Positions 13,601-24,905 of a stretch of 64,000 nt of DNA are shown one piece after another (the first letter of the stretch is position 1; each line of letters begins with the position of its first letter). Source of the DNA: Mytilus californianus (Eukaryota); NCBI RefSeq assembly GCF_021869535.1, contig NW_026262674.1, positions 4,154,001 to 4,218,000 on the forward strand, in the 5' to 3' direction. The position numbers were made by a program, and so were the translations under genes. Under the pieces are notes generated by a model. It saw nothing but the letters and a program-made list of their open reading frames with translations, was not told the origin of the DNA and made no database searches.

Positions 13601-15132
13601 GAGGGGGCAGTGTCAAATAATCTCCATGGAAATGAGATGTTCCATATTGCTAGTACAACTCTATCAAAGTATCATTGATGTGCCATTAGTAGTTCCTCTA
13701 AAACTGACCTTTTCACAAATTTTAACAAATTGTTGAGGCTGTCTACGTTAGAAATAGCAAACATAAGTCTAGATTCTAAATTCAAGGCGAGACAAAAACA
13801 GAAAAATTAAAAATAGAAAATAAAAATTTTACTTAAGACATTATCTGTTTATCTTTTCATAAAAAGTTTTTGCCAAATCAAAGTTTCATGAAATTCTATG
13901 CAGGTATGACAAAGTTATTGATGTCTAAAAAAAACTTTGACAGTGCCATGTTTGCAAATGTCAATTACCGGTACAAGTTACAACAAAACTCTTTAGTCAG
14001 TATAACTACTGTGGATTCATTATTATTCGTTGGATACCAATTTTTGTGGATTTCGTGGGTACAAGTAAACCACGAAATTAAATGTTCAACGAATGACATA
14101 TTTAATAGGCTTGAAAGCAACCTTTCGGTAAAACCACGAAATTAAATATCCACGAACATGCCAATTTTCCCTAATCCACGAAAATTGGTACCCACGAAAA
14201 TAAATGAATCTTTAGGAGCAATTAAATCTGATTCAGATGAGAAAATGAGAAGAAAAAATTCTGAATTTGGTTCTGGATACTATCCAACTTTTGTTCATTA
14301 AAAAGCTTGTCCAAGTTTCTTAAATTTCCATGAAGGTTTGAGAAAAATTTAACCACAAACTACTGTCAATGCAATATGAGATCCCTATGCCCTGCTTCGC
14401 GACAAAATGTTACAGACTCAACTAATATGGGTAATAATTGTCTTTCAAGGCAGATTACATGGACTTATTTATAATTCTAATTTTGCTGGACATTTTTACA
14501 ATGTAAAGTTTCTCTCTATCTATAATATATTTCAATATAACCATCAACTACAAAATTTCAAATAAATTGTTAATTCAGGTGCAATATTTAATATTCTCTA
14601 ATTCTTCGTCAATTTATCCCTTTCTGCACCCATTGTATAAAAAATTTAATCAATGTGTGGTTCGTTTGATCTCAGTTCTTCATTGGTTAAAATCCGATTA
14701 TGACGTCGAATTTACTTGCTTTCCTCTGAATTTCCTATTGTGATGGCATGAAAAAAGGCGACCATGCATGATGACGTCACATAGAAAGAACACATCTTTT
14801 TACAGATCATTCAAAAGGACGGAATAAGTTTGCCTGCATATAGTTTGAAAATCATTAGAGAAACAGATTCCACAACCAAATCTTGTGTAATACGATATTT
14901 ATCCAGTATCGACAGTTAAATTTTAAATATTTAAAACGCTTGGCAAGCCTCGCGTTTTAAATTTGAAAATTGAACTGCCTCGAGTGGATAAATATTGTAT
15001 CACACTCGATGCAGTGGTAGAATCTATATTTATCATACCATCATCTGCACCTCGTAATAACCAGTAACCTAGTAATAATGTAGTAGGTGCACCAATCAGT
15101 AGCAGTAGTTTATTTCTTGTTGTCAATACCAT
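1638..15132 (-). CDS. TDRKH: Tudor and KH domain-containing protein (TDRKH/Papi-like, piRNA pathway); 8 coding exons in window, 3' end lies left of position 1
   Basis: Exons (minus): 15039-15132 MVLTTRNKLLLLIGAPTTLLLGYWLLRGADD (hydrophobic N-terminal anchor), 13048-13172 (KH1 ..VGAVIGRQGAMIKE), 11567-11765 (IQQKSGARVNF..CLGRII), 11113-11252 (KH2 GRNGETIRQMSRTSKAKV), 10558-10708, 5770-5981 (YIEVYVSAVANPGLFWVQI), 3643-3815 (Tudor GDLVAAPFENDTSWYRAKV..LLYVDYGD), 1638-1702 (FEALPFQAIECHLA). All introns are GT-AG and the phases chain without frameshift. TM-KH-KH-extended Tudor order is the TDRKH/Papi architecture. Confidence 0.92.
1891..2280. mobile_element. ~390-bp MITE family A, TTAA target duplication, GG..CC termini (Kolobok-like)
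   Basis: TTAA|GGATGTTTGCT ... AGCAAACATCC|TTAA; four copies in window. Confidence 0.85.
2613..2845. mobile_element. Truncated dispersed repeat of the hairpin-ended type (class uncertain)
   Basis: Contains ctgattggctgac and gtgacgtcatc motifs and one arm (aatgactgtaatattttttctgtctattcgaaataacataaaaaatgtggtgcacac) of a hairpin-type terminus. Confidence 0.45.
3372..3582. mobile_element. ~210-bp MITE family B, TA-flanked (Tc1/mariner-type inferred)
   Basis: TIR TACTGTGGATTCATT / AATGAATCCACAGTA; further copies at 1-75, 14007-14210, 47564-47776 and 49050-49178. Confidence 0.85.
3805..3868 (-). repeat. 32-bp tandem duplication of the TDRKH Tudor-exon 3' splice site
   Basis: Minus strand: ttaatagcatttatcttccag|GGTAACAATGT ttaatagcatttgttttccag|GGTTACAATGT. 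Confidence 0.9.
4148..5341. mobile_element. ~1.2-kb non-autonomous element with long imperfect TIRs
   Basis: taattataagaattaaatgcttcttttt ... aaaagaagcattcaattcttaatta; imperfect inverted similarity continues inward to about 4255/5235. No long ORF. Confidence 0.6.
5577..5853 (-). repeat. 103-105-bp tandem duplication (x2.6) of a TDRKH exon end and 5' splice site
   Basis: Units start at 5577, 5682 and 5785 (plus strand); ACAG|GTTTGTACAGGA occurs at both 5770 and 5667. Confidence 0.9.
6301..10289 (-). mobile_element. HINE-like host element (6301-7442 and 9904-10289) with internal tandem subunits, interrupted by a second HINE
   Basis: Repeated ~500-bp subunits (ttgacttatttgtagatcttac..), a (GAC)n-like tract near 10203 and terminal hairpin agctcac..gtgagct followed by an A run. 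Related fragments at 37925-38010 and 54690-55110. Confidence 0.65.
7443..9903 (-). mobile_element. ~2.46-kb Helentron-associated (HINE/DINE-1-like) element with three internal satellite arrays; 5' end truncated
   Basis: Reverse complement of 40303-42530; subTIR ATACGACCGC at 7471; arrays of 126-137 bp x9, 35 bp x6 and ~161 bp x3.5; GAC-rich microsatellite at 9841-9879. Confidence 0.8.
11432..11621 (-). repeat. 72-bp tandem duplication (x2.6) of a TDRKH KH exon end and 5' splice site
   Basis: Minus strand: ..GGCAGAATTATAG|GTATAT (11567) and ..AGCAGAATTATTG|GTAAAT (11495); third copy truncated. Confidence 0.9.
11822..12180 (+). mobile_element. Long copy of the most abundant dispersed repeat (SINE-like, class uncertain)
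   Basis: Core agatgtggtatgattgccaatgagacaact..ggccttcaacaatgag..gctataaaaggccc. More than 20 full or partial copies in both orientations, e.g. 6160-6255, 15630-15720, 19300-19570, 21420-21505, 23695-23976, 26364-26590, 28040-28170, 28860-28975, 32920-33040, 33221-33490, 39285-39385, 42762-42990, 55125-55190, 61000-61330, 61890-61980. Confidence 0.7.
12635..12955 (+). mobile_element. Second dispersed SINE-like repeat
   Basis: ..ggggccagctgaaggacgcctccgggtgcgggaatttctcgc..ttccccatttccattctcaatttt; inverted copy at 19085-19280 and fragment at 20380-20440. Confidence 0.65.
14007..14210. mobile_element. MITE family B copy
   Basis: TACTGTGGATTCATT start; right TIR truncated. Confidence 0.8.
14635..15035. 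mobile_element. Dispersed repeat with a terminal long hairpin
   Basis: Inverted arms about 14868-14935 / 14960-15030 around aaaacgcttggcaagcctcgcgtttt; tgacgtc motifs in the body. Confidence 0.55.
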
Positions 15133-15291
15133 TTTCAGTAGTTATCTGAAACTATTCCCATCTTTTTTCTGTAAAGAAAATTAAAAATAATTAAAAGGCG
15201 GCTATACTTTTAATAGTACTGTTATAGATCAATGGAAAAAATGTTGCTTTGAATACATAACAATTTCTTTCAATTTGTTACTCATAACATT

Positions 15292-15451
15292 CAGTGGCGG
15301 ATCCAGAAATTTTCATAAGTGGGGGCCCACTGACTGCCTAAGAGGGGGCCCGCTCCGGTCTTGCCTCAGTGATTCTCTATATAATCAACCAAATTTTTCC
15401 CAGAAAAGGGGAGTCCCGGGCACCCTAGGCCCCCCTCTAAATCCACCTCTG
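15292..15451. mobile_element. 160-bp MITE with CAG..CTG termini and 5-bp TSD
   Basis: ACATT|CAGTGGCGGAT ... ATCCACCTCTG|ACATT; partial copy at 16447-16500. Confidence 0.75.
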
Positions 15452-16899
15452 ACATTCAAAGTTCAACAATCATGACAATTATGACGGATATTTTTGTTGA
15501 AATATTTATTTTAATTCATTCTTAAACTGTGTGGACTTATAGTAACATCTATACAACACAATATAAAATGAAATGAAAATAGGCCTTTATCCTTCCATAT
15601 TTTTTTTATTTGTTACCATCAAATATGCCTTACGGTGACCTATAGTTGTTAAATTCTGTGTCATTTGGTCTCTTGTGGAGAGTTGTCTCATTGGCAATCA
15701 TACCACATCTTATTTTTTATATCTACATACATGACATATATAAAGAAAATATAACATTTATTGGATCAGCTTGAAGGAAAAAAGCATGGCTTGCTTTTCC
15801 ATAGGTTCTTAGTGAATATTTGTTTATGTCTTGCAACTTATTTTTTCAAATTTAAATATGTACTTTTACCCTGTCAATTGTATTTGAGGGGCCTGATGGG
15901 GGGTCTCATCACGATTCACGAGTTGATTTTTTTGTCAATCACGATTCACAGAAAATTAATTTCATTTATTTAACATAGAAATTGACACTGACTTGGTGCA
16001 CATAGCAAAGAGGACCCCAAAATGAACTATTATGTAAAATGTGATTTGATAATTAATATAAGTATAGTATAATCCCTGGACAAATACGGGAGATATATCT
16101 GTAAATTTATTAATTAAAAAGTAATACCTCTGACTGGTGAATTTTGCTATCTATCTATTGTGAAGGTTGTTGCTACTACTTCACATTGATAGAAAAGATG
16201 TGTTTCATACAATTTGTATTGATGTAATGATGAGTTGTGCAAAAGGCAACATCAGGTGTACAAAGGCATTACATAGACAATTGGTTACTTTAGAATATTC
16301 AACTATAGTGTAGTGTACTACTTTTGAAACAAATTATATCAAAATTATGGGCGGGGGGTCTCTAATTCAGTTTTAAACATCTTCAGACATACTATTTTTT
16401 TACCATTTTCAACTGGACCAAATCACAACATGCTCAATATCACAATGAATCCAGAAATTTTCATAAGGGGGATCCACTGACTGCCCTAAGAGGGAGCCCT
16501 TTACTTTTTGCACCTTATTGTCTATTTTGTAAACTCAATAGAAACCCTCCAACAGGGACGAAAAAAGTGCACAGCAAAATCCAGGTCTATCACTAGTATC
16601 AGTTTTTAGTTTCAAAACCTAAAATGCATTTGAATTTTACTTTTCTCGGTCATGGTATGCATTTACACTTTTTCAGATGCACAGGTTTGTCTGTACTCAG
16701 AGAAAATTTTGAGGTGAAGACAGAGCCATATTTTTTTTATCCATAAAGTTCACATCATGGCGCATGCACCTCACAATTTTTTGAGAAATCAGTAATGAAT
16801 AATTATTTATACGGACTTCGTCCTCTTTGACAGGTAACACCTGCCTCATATTAGTTTAATTATGATCTATTGATGTAAGGTATAATATATTAAAAATAA

Positions 16900-17296
16900 A
16901 TAAGCTTACGAAATACAAACAATTACCAGCAAAGCAGTCAAATTGAAACTGAAACTAGAGAAAGCATGGGACTTCCGGTTTTGAGCATGAATAAAGGGGG
17001 GAGTTCTTGAAAAAAATGTAAACCTAAAATATTCGTTTGAACAGGTAAATACACACAATAATTAATTTAAGATAACAAAGATAGCTAAAATCAAAACTTT
17101 TCAGCTTTTTTACTTCACAAGATATTTGTCTTTCCAGTTGAAAATCACGGAAACAGAACCCGTTTCATTTTTCATTTTATTTATAATTTAACAAAATCGT
17201 TGTTGCGATTTTTACAAAATGCAAAACTCATTAGAGCATAAAATACTTATTCACTACGCTCATTTTCTTTGTCCCAATATTTGTTTTTGACGAGGC
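16900..17296. promoter_or_regulatory. Putative bidirectional promoter region for TDRKH and ANKRD40
   Basis: ETS-type ACTTCCGG at 16971-16978 between divergent genes; candidate minus-strand 5'UTR donor CTG|GTAATT near 16926. TSS positions are not visible from sequence. Confidence 0.45.
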
Positions 17297-18073
17297 ATGA
17301 CTGCAACAAGTGAAAACGACGAATCATTTAGAGAAGCAGCGTGCAATGGTGATAAAGACTCGTTGAATAAACTTTTGGAGACCTATTCTATCGATGTCAA
17401 TTCTCAGAATCCAGTAAACGGGTGGTCTGCGCTACACTGGGGGTGTAAACGAAACCACAAAGTCGTTGTCGAATTTCTTTTGCAAAAAGGTGGAAATAAA
17501 GACTTACTTACAACAAAAGGAGAAAAGCCTGTAGATTTAACAACAAGTGAGGACATATTTAACCTACTTGGTGGTTCTGGAAATCGCATAGCAATCCTAA
17601 ATAAAAACGAGTCAAATTTTACGCCAAATTATCTTGCAAATCCAGCATTTCCTTATACACAACCAGTTGCAGATCTAGGTAGCACAAATCTGAACGGACT
17701 TCATACTGAACAAAAAAGTGTAGAAGTGAAAACTATAGTACCAACCATGCAAGGTTTAAATGAGAATGAACTTGTTCTGAAAATAAGAGTTGCATATATA
17801 GATGATCGTGATTTTATTGAGGTCGAAATGGATAAATCAAATTTGACATTTGAATCTTTAAAATCAGTCATGTGTAAAGAATTGGGAATCGAAAGAAGAT
17901 TGATAAACAAGATCAGAAAATTGCCGAATACAATTTTAAGGAAAGACAAAGATGTTCAAAGGTTATGTGATTTTCAGGAACTTGAAGTAGTCCTGACAAA
18001 TAAAGTGCCACCAGCTGGTGCAGGGATGAGAGGATTAGCAGCTCCAATCAAAAATCAAGAAGTTCTTTATTGA
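17297..18073 (+). CDS. ANKRD40: Ankyrin repeat domain-containing protein 40-like, single exon, 258 aa
   Basis: Uninterrupted ORF with N-terminal ankyrin repeats (VNSQNPVNGWSALHWGCKRNHKVVVEFLLQKGG) and the ANKRD40-type C-terminal block ELVLKIRV..DFIEVEMD..KIRKLPNTILRKDKDVQRLCDFQELEVVL. Confidence 0.87.
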   Translation: MTATSENDESFREAACNGDKDSLNKLLETYSIDVNSQNPVNGWSALHWGCKRNHKVVVEFLLQKGGNKDLLTTKGEKPVDLTTSEDIFNLLGGSGNRIAILNKNESNFTPNYLANPAFPYTQPVADLGSTNLNGLHTEQKSVEVKTIVPTMQGLNENELVLKIRVAYIDDRDFIEVEMDKSNLTFESLKSVMCKELGIERRLINKIRKLPNTILRKDKDVQRLCDFQELEVVLTNKVPPAGAGMRGLAAPIKNQEVLY

Positions 18074-18197
18074 CAGTCACGACATTTACTAATTTTATAT
18101 TAATGCTAGAGCTATATTGTAATCTATGTACATGATGTAAATGTACATGTATGGTCTTTCTGTTTAATGTTTTAATTTACAAAGTAAATTTACATAA

Positions 18198-18667
18198 GGC
18201 AAAAAAAAATATATGTCTGTTAACGGTTACCCGACCGACCCTACTTTTGAGCGCGGACCCTAAGTCATTTTATTTCTGTCGTAAAGTGAAAAATAAACTC
18301 AACTTGTGTCAAAAGCGAAGTTAGTGTTGCAAATAATATAAATCAATTGCCTGATACATCCCAATGTTCACAATCGTGAATATGACAGCTGTTTTAAGAA
18401 AATTCGCAACTCGTGTGATGAAATAAACACTTTGCCGCCATTTTTTTCCAACCAATTACCAAGGGAAATAATCCAATCATTAAAGGTACGGGTAAACTCG
18501 GCCCATGATCAACTCGGACCACGACAAGACAAAACGGCATGACTCAAAATCATGTCACAAAAAATAAAATGAAAAAATAAAATAAAATGGAAATAACGAC
18601 CTACCTACCCTATTTTTTTTAAAGTACATGTATGTAACCTTAAACAAACATATATTTTTTTTTGGCC
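18198..18667. mobile_element. ~470-bp Harbinger/Tourist-like MITE
   Basis: TAA|GGCAAAAAAAAAATATATGTCTGTT ... AAACAAACATATATTTTTTTTTGGCC|TAA; inverted copy at 61383-61828. Confidence 0.8.
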
Positions 18668-18894
18668 TAAGAGGGTAAGAATTATTAAAATGATATTATA
18701 TGCATGATATGTGAGGTAGTAAAAAGGTTTACCGTTGGTTACAATTTATAATTTGTAAATACAGGTGTATCATGAATTTATAGTACAAATGTAAGGCTTT
18801 AGAATATGTAGAAAGCAAATAAAATTTTAAAAAATCTTCTTGAGTATGAAAATCAAATATTTTTTATTTCCAAACTGGCCTTTTTAGCAAATTG

Positions 18895-19085
18895 TCGTCT
18901 GGTGGTAGCAACTGTAGCATGCTTGTGTGATGGATGTTGTACATTTAGGTTGATGGTAGAGTCAAACCTAAAACTTTAGAAATTGTGTTCCTCAGCCATA
19001 TCAGCATGATCAGCCAAGCATGAGTCATACAGAAATAAAGCAAAGACTGGTCAGCCTAGACATGTTAGTGAAAATGTGGTCTGTT
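18895..19085 (+). mobile_element. Degenerate tRNA-derived SINE fragment (tentative)
   Basis: tggtagca A-box-like start, then gtcaaacctaaaacttt..gcaaagactggt, resembling mollusc SINE cores from memory; heavily decayed. Confidence 0.3.
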
Positions 19086-22000
19086 GAATGACATTCTTTA
19101 CATGTATGTAAAATTGAGAATGGAAATGGGGAATATGTCAAAGAGAATAACCCGACCAAAGAACAGACAACAGCCGAAGGCCACCAATGGGTCTTCAACG
19201 TAGCGAGAAAATCCCGCACCCGTAGGTGCTCCTCAGCTGGCCCCTAAATAAAATTGTGTACTAGTTCAGTGAAAGTGCTTGTCCAAGTCAGGAGTTCTGT
19301 GGTCATGGTGGTAAATGTTGGTTCATATCTTATTTGTTTTGCTTAAATTGTCTTGTTATAAATTAGGCCATTAGTTTTCTCGTTTGAATTGTTTCACATT
19401 TTTCATGGCAGGAGCTATTAAAGCCAACCATGTGGAATAGGTTTTTCTCATTGTTGAAGGCCATACAGTTGCTTGTAATTGCTTACATCCACTTTATTTG
19501 AACTCTGGTGGATACGTTTTTTTGTAGTTGCCTCATTGGCAATCATACCACAGCTCCTCATTTTTATAAGTACATTGTTTTGTAGATATTTTCATTCAAA
19601 TAATTCCTCATGAACAATTATTAATAATTATCATGATTATGGTTTGCCTGTCAATATAAAATAAACATGACAAAGAAGAGTTCAGATTAATAAATATATT
19701 ATTTAATGTTTGTGTTACATTGAAATTCAGGAGTCAACCTCTTTGATTGTCTTGTGGTAGCATGGGCCGGCAAGTGTGGAATGTCATGGGTTCAAACACT
19801 TTGTTGAGGACTATCTTTACGTATAGCAAATTATAATTTGGTGAGTAGTACATGTTGTACAGAAATACAATGTGATACTGTAAAGATTAGGACAAATGTA
19901 GGACTGAAAGATATTTTGAAAGGGTCTACTGAGAAACAAATCCAGGGTAAATGGCCCATCTTCGAAGTTTCTCCTTACATAAGAACATGAACATGAAATA
20001 TAGGTCAAAGTGAACTCTCACATTGAAGTATTAAGGTAGACAACTTTTTACACTGTTCTGTAACCCATAGTCATTGCATCCTTACAAAAACTTATATGAT
20101 TGAATCTGAGAACTGAACTGAGACATGTAAAACTTCATAAAATAAAAAAACATATAATGTGGATTATAGTGACCTACATTTGATAGGGCGGTTCTTCTAT
20201 AGCTTCATTGCCACATGTAATATGATTACAAGCCTCTAAATGGATAATTAAACTCTGAGCAAAAAATGAGTATGATTCAATGACAAAGACTAGGTGGACA
20301 AATTTTCACATTGTTCATCATTGTTTCCATGATGTGGATAAAACTCTAGAAGTAAACTAATGTGAAGCATGAAATAAAACTGAGAATGGAAATGGGGGAA
20401 TGCATCAAAGAGACAACAACCCGACCAAAGAGCAGAAAACATCAGTGACCAATTTTTTATGGAAAGTTATTATATCCCCAAGTATCATCTTAAGGGCTAA
20501 ATTAAAAAATAAGCTTGTTTGCCATTGACAAGTCTTTATTTTTAATGTAGTGTTTTGTGGACTTGGTATTTTCTTTGTCATGGCATTGTCAGTTTCTCTT
20601 CGACTTAAATGTTCTAAATGTTTTTGTCCCCCTGATATCACCTTTTTCTTTTTTAAATACTTGCAACAATGATTGTAGGTCATGAAGTATCTTAGAAATG
20701 AACTCAACTGTTAACTTGCTTGATATATAGTCAATGAAGCAAACAATGTAGTCCAGACTGGGACCAACTTTTGGTGAAAGACTATTTTATTCCACTTGAT
20801 GCATGCTTTATACACCAAAATTATGTAACTGTGGCCAGTCTAGTATAATGATAGGATGGTCTAACATTTTGAAGGATATATTTTTATTATAATTGATTGG
20901 TCATTTAAAAGGGAAAGTAGTAAATTTTTAATTGCTAAAAAATAATGCCCAACAATTTAAGTTTTGATTTATCTCTTCTAAATATTGTGTTTCTATATAT
21001 GCTTCAAAGCTGTCATTAAATTAAAATCTAAAATATGCTGTGAGATATCATATTAACTTAGCTAAAATATGTTTTCATGATTTTTTAAAGGGAGATAAGA
21101 CAGTGAGTCTAATCAATATGTGTTAGATTATCTCCCTCTGGAGACATCAGAAACAACATACTGTAATTTGACATATATTTTACTGAATATAACACATTTT
21201 ATTCAAACTTATGTCTGACTCATATATATATATAGAAAACTTTTTAAAAGAAAATGAGAATGAAAAAATAGTTTGGATATTTTTATAGCAGTTCAAAAAT
21301 TACTACCTCTCACCTATCAAATGACTCTACAATATGCAATATGTGTAAAAAAAAATAGCCACATTTTCATAAGAGCCATGAAGTGGAATTAAAATCTTAT
21401 AGGATTTTATAGTATAAAAATAAGGAGATGCTGTATGATTGCCATTGAGACAACTATCCACCCAACTCAAATGAAGTGGATGTTAGCAATTATAGGCAAC
21501 CGTATACTTTATTTTATCACCATGCACTTCGACGACTTGACTATAGTTTTCAACAGAAGTTGACTAAACTTTTGACCAGTTTGATTTGATTAAACAAATG
21601 GCAATTCGGTCAAAACTGAGTTCGCAAAATCTTGTTTTCCCTGGTGGTCCTCGCTTTTATTTCTATTGCAAAATATCGAACATATCTGTCCTTTGCAAAA
21701 TTTTTGTGGTCAAATCCTTCAGATCACAACTTTTTTGAGGACTCTGTCAGAACTTTGAATGAATTGTAGTAGGTTGAGAGCAACACTTACAGTCAAGTCA
21801 CAGTAAAATGTTTCACATCAAATCAAGTATATTCAGATCATTTTACTTGAATCTTTACACAACTGTTTGGTCTGGTAAAAGTAAGGAACCTTTTGATTTT
21901 GGAAATGTTCCATTGTCATTCCAGAAACTTAAAATGTCAGATTTCAGTAAATTTGTTTCACACTTACTCATGTATTCTTCAAACTTTATATTGTTTCTGA

Positions 22001-22497
22001 GATTGATGAAAGTAAGCTCTGTTTTGATTTTATACTTGGACTTTTAAATTTTATCACTTTGTTGGAGAATATCCACACTACCGGTAGTTTTTCTGCATGT
22101 CCACTTTACTGGCTTAAAAGTTAATCCTTCTGGTATATGTATATAAGGGCCACTATCTTGGTTTCAGTTTTTGAGTCACTGGGAGACTGTCTCATTGATA
22201 TACACCACATATTTCCTTTGTAACAATTCTTTATTTCTGTATGATTATGGTACATGCAACATAGAAGAAGGCTAACAGGAGACCTTTTATGTATAAGTAC
22301 ACACCACAAGGAGGAGCCAAAGCTACATCATTGTCCAAAAAGGAAAAAAATGTCTCCTTAGTTGTAAATTTCTGCATGGAGTTTCTCCAAGCTCATTGAT
22401 TTTGAATCTGAATATTCTTATCTGTGATTGGTGTAGTCATAGAAATAAACAAATCAATACAAATCTGTATGTCCTTTGAAAAAAAAAACTCATCATT

Positions 22498-23408
22498 AAA
22501 ACAAGAGTGCACACGCTGAAATGTCTCACCTGCTTTACTGATCATTAATTTTATGTTGATAGTTTTAAATATAAAGCTTTTCTACAAGTATCACATAAAC
22601 TTAACATGATCCAAGAAAATGAGGTCAAGGTCAGATAAACTAAACTGGAAATACATGTACACCTTACAATCATTCCATACACCAAATATAGTTGACCTAT
22701 TGCTCATAGTTTCTCAAGAAACAAACTTTATTAGGAAAACTTTACAGTGTCCAATGAACCATGAAAATGAGGTCATGGTCAGATGATACCTGCCAGACAG
22801 ACATATACACCTTACAATCATTCCATACACCAAATATAGTTGACCTATTGCATATAGTATTAGAAAAAAAGACCAAAACACAAAAACTTAACTTTAAGCA
22901 CTGAACCATAAAAATGAGGTCAAGGACAGATGACACCTGCCAGTTGGACATGTACACCTTACAAAAATTCCATACACCAAATATAGTAGACCTATTGCTT
23001 ATAGTATCTAATATATGGACTTGACCATGAAAACTTAACCTTGTTCACTGATCCATGAAATGAGGTCGAGGTCAGATGAAAACTGTCTGACAGGCATGAG
23101 GACCTTGCAAGGTACGCATATACTAAATATAGTTATCCTATTACTCATAATAAAAGAAAAATTAACTTTACAAAAAATATGAACTTTTTTTTCAAGTAGT
23201 CACTGAACCATGAAAATGAGGTCAAGGACCATGGAGATATGACACAGAAACTTCATAACATAAAGCATCTATATACAAAGTATGAAGCATACAGGTCTTC
23301 CACCTTCTAAAATATAAAAGCTTTTAAGTTGTTAGTTAACGCTGCCACCGCCAGATCACTATCCCTATGTTGAGTTTCTGCGACAAAAGTCGCAGGCTCG
23401 CCAAAAAA
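22498..23408 (-). mobile_element. HINE-like element with internal tandem subunits
   Basis: aacaagagtgcacacgctgaaatgtctc start, repeated atgaaaatgaggtcaagg units, terminal hairpin ctgcgacaaaagtcgcag plus A run; shorter relative at 56767-57220. Confidence 0.7.
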
Positions 23409-24664
23409 CTGAAGAGTATTTAACTTCTACAACATTTAAAAACAAAACTTACAAAAATCATGTCCTTTATTTTATATGATGTAACATATCATAAGCTCTG
23501 AATAACAACAATAACAAACAGATATACCAGTAACAATATTACATCAATATGTAAGTTATCTATAAACTCTTCAATATGTATCTAATACAATCATAAATCT
23601 GATTGGTCGGTGGATTATATGTAAATTACTTCTTATTCTATTAGTTTTGTGGTTTGAAGGAATTTTGCTTCTCATTTCATTGATCTTACATCAAAATAAG
23701 GAGATGTGGTATGATTGCCAATGAGACAACTATCCACCAAAGTTAAAATGTAGTGGATGTAAGCAATTATAGGCAACCATGCGGCCTTCAACAATGAGAA
23801 AAATCCATACCGTATAGTAGGCTATAAAAGGCCCTGACATGAAAAATATGAAACAATTCAATTGAGAAAACTAACGGCCTAACTTATAACAAAACAATTT
23901 ACGAAAAACAAATATGGCAGTCTGATGATGAACCAAGGACAACCACTGAACTACATGCTCCTGACTTGGGACAGGCATCTATCAAAGCAAACGAAAACAT
24001 GTTTTTTCAGTGAGTATATGTACAAATCCTATTAGCAAGCTCACATACCCCATGTCCCGTTCCCCTGATTTAAAGGGAAAAAGTTTAAAGTCATAGTGGC
24101 AAGTTGGCATAGTTTTTTCTGTTTACTTTTAGGTACAATTCTTTTCTGTTGTCTAAAAAAAAAACTATTTTCAGTAACAATGACCTTGACCTTAGGCCTA
24201 GTGAGTTCAAAATCAATAGATCTTCCTCTCATAATATGTAACCATATATCCAATAAAGTTGTAATTTGTAATACCCTTTTGTTTGAGCATCCGTGCATCA
24301 ATGTCCTGCATGAACTTTGGTCTATTTTCAGTAAATGACCATGACCTTAGATGCAGTGACCTCAAAATCAATAAGGATCTTCGTCTCTTCACATGCATGT
24401 AAAGCATCGGGACACCAAGACGACCTTCTAGTCAATAAACTGTTGACACAGATATATATCTCACCTTTAAGCAAGTTTGATAATACTTGAAAATGTTGAA
24501 ATTAAAATGGTAATACTTTAACATGCAAACTATGCAAAACATTCAAGTTATGAACAATGTTTGCTCAGACATCAATAGTACCACCTGTTCATTTATAAAA
24601 AAAGCCAGTACAAATGAATGAAATTAATCCACCTAGTAGTTAGTACTGAAAATTCATTAAAGAT

Positions 24665-24905
24665 AAAACAAGAATGTGTCCATAGTACATGGATGCCCCA
24701 CTCACACTATCATTTTCTATGTTAACTTATTTGGCATTAAAATTAGAAAGATCATATCATAGGGAAGATGTGTACTAAGTTTCAAGTTGATTGGATTTCA
24801 ACTTCAAAAATTTTAACCTGAAGCGGGACAGACGGACAAACGGACACACAGACACATAGACTGAAAAACATAATGCCCCTCTACTATTGTAGGTGGGGCA
24901 TAATA
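24665..24905 (-). mobile_element. Short HINE-like element
   Basis: subTIR atgccccac / gtggggcat, GGAC/GACA-rich microsatellite, stem-loop; same family as 28976-29272 and 43401-43638. Confidence 0.8.

Noticed and set aside
17404-17949. Minus-strand ORFs of 61 and 82 aa
   Set aside because: Antisense to ANKRD40.
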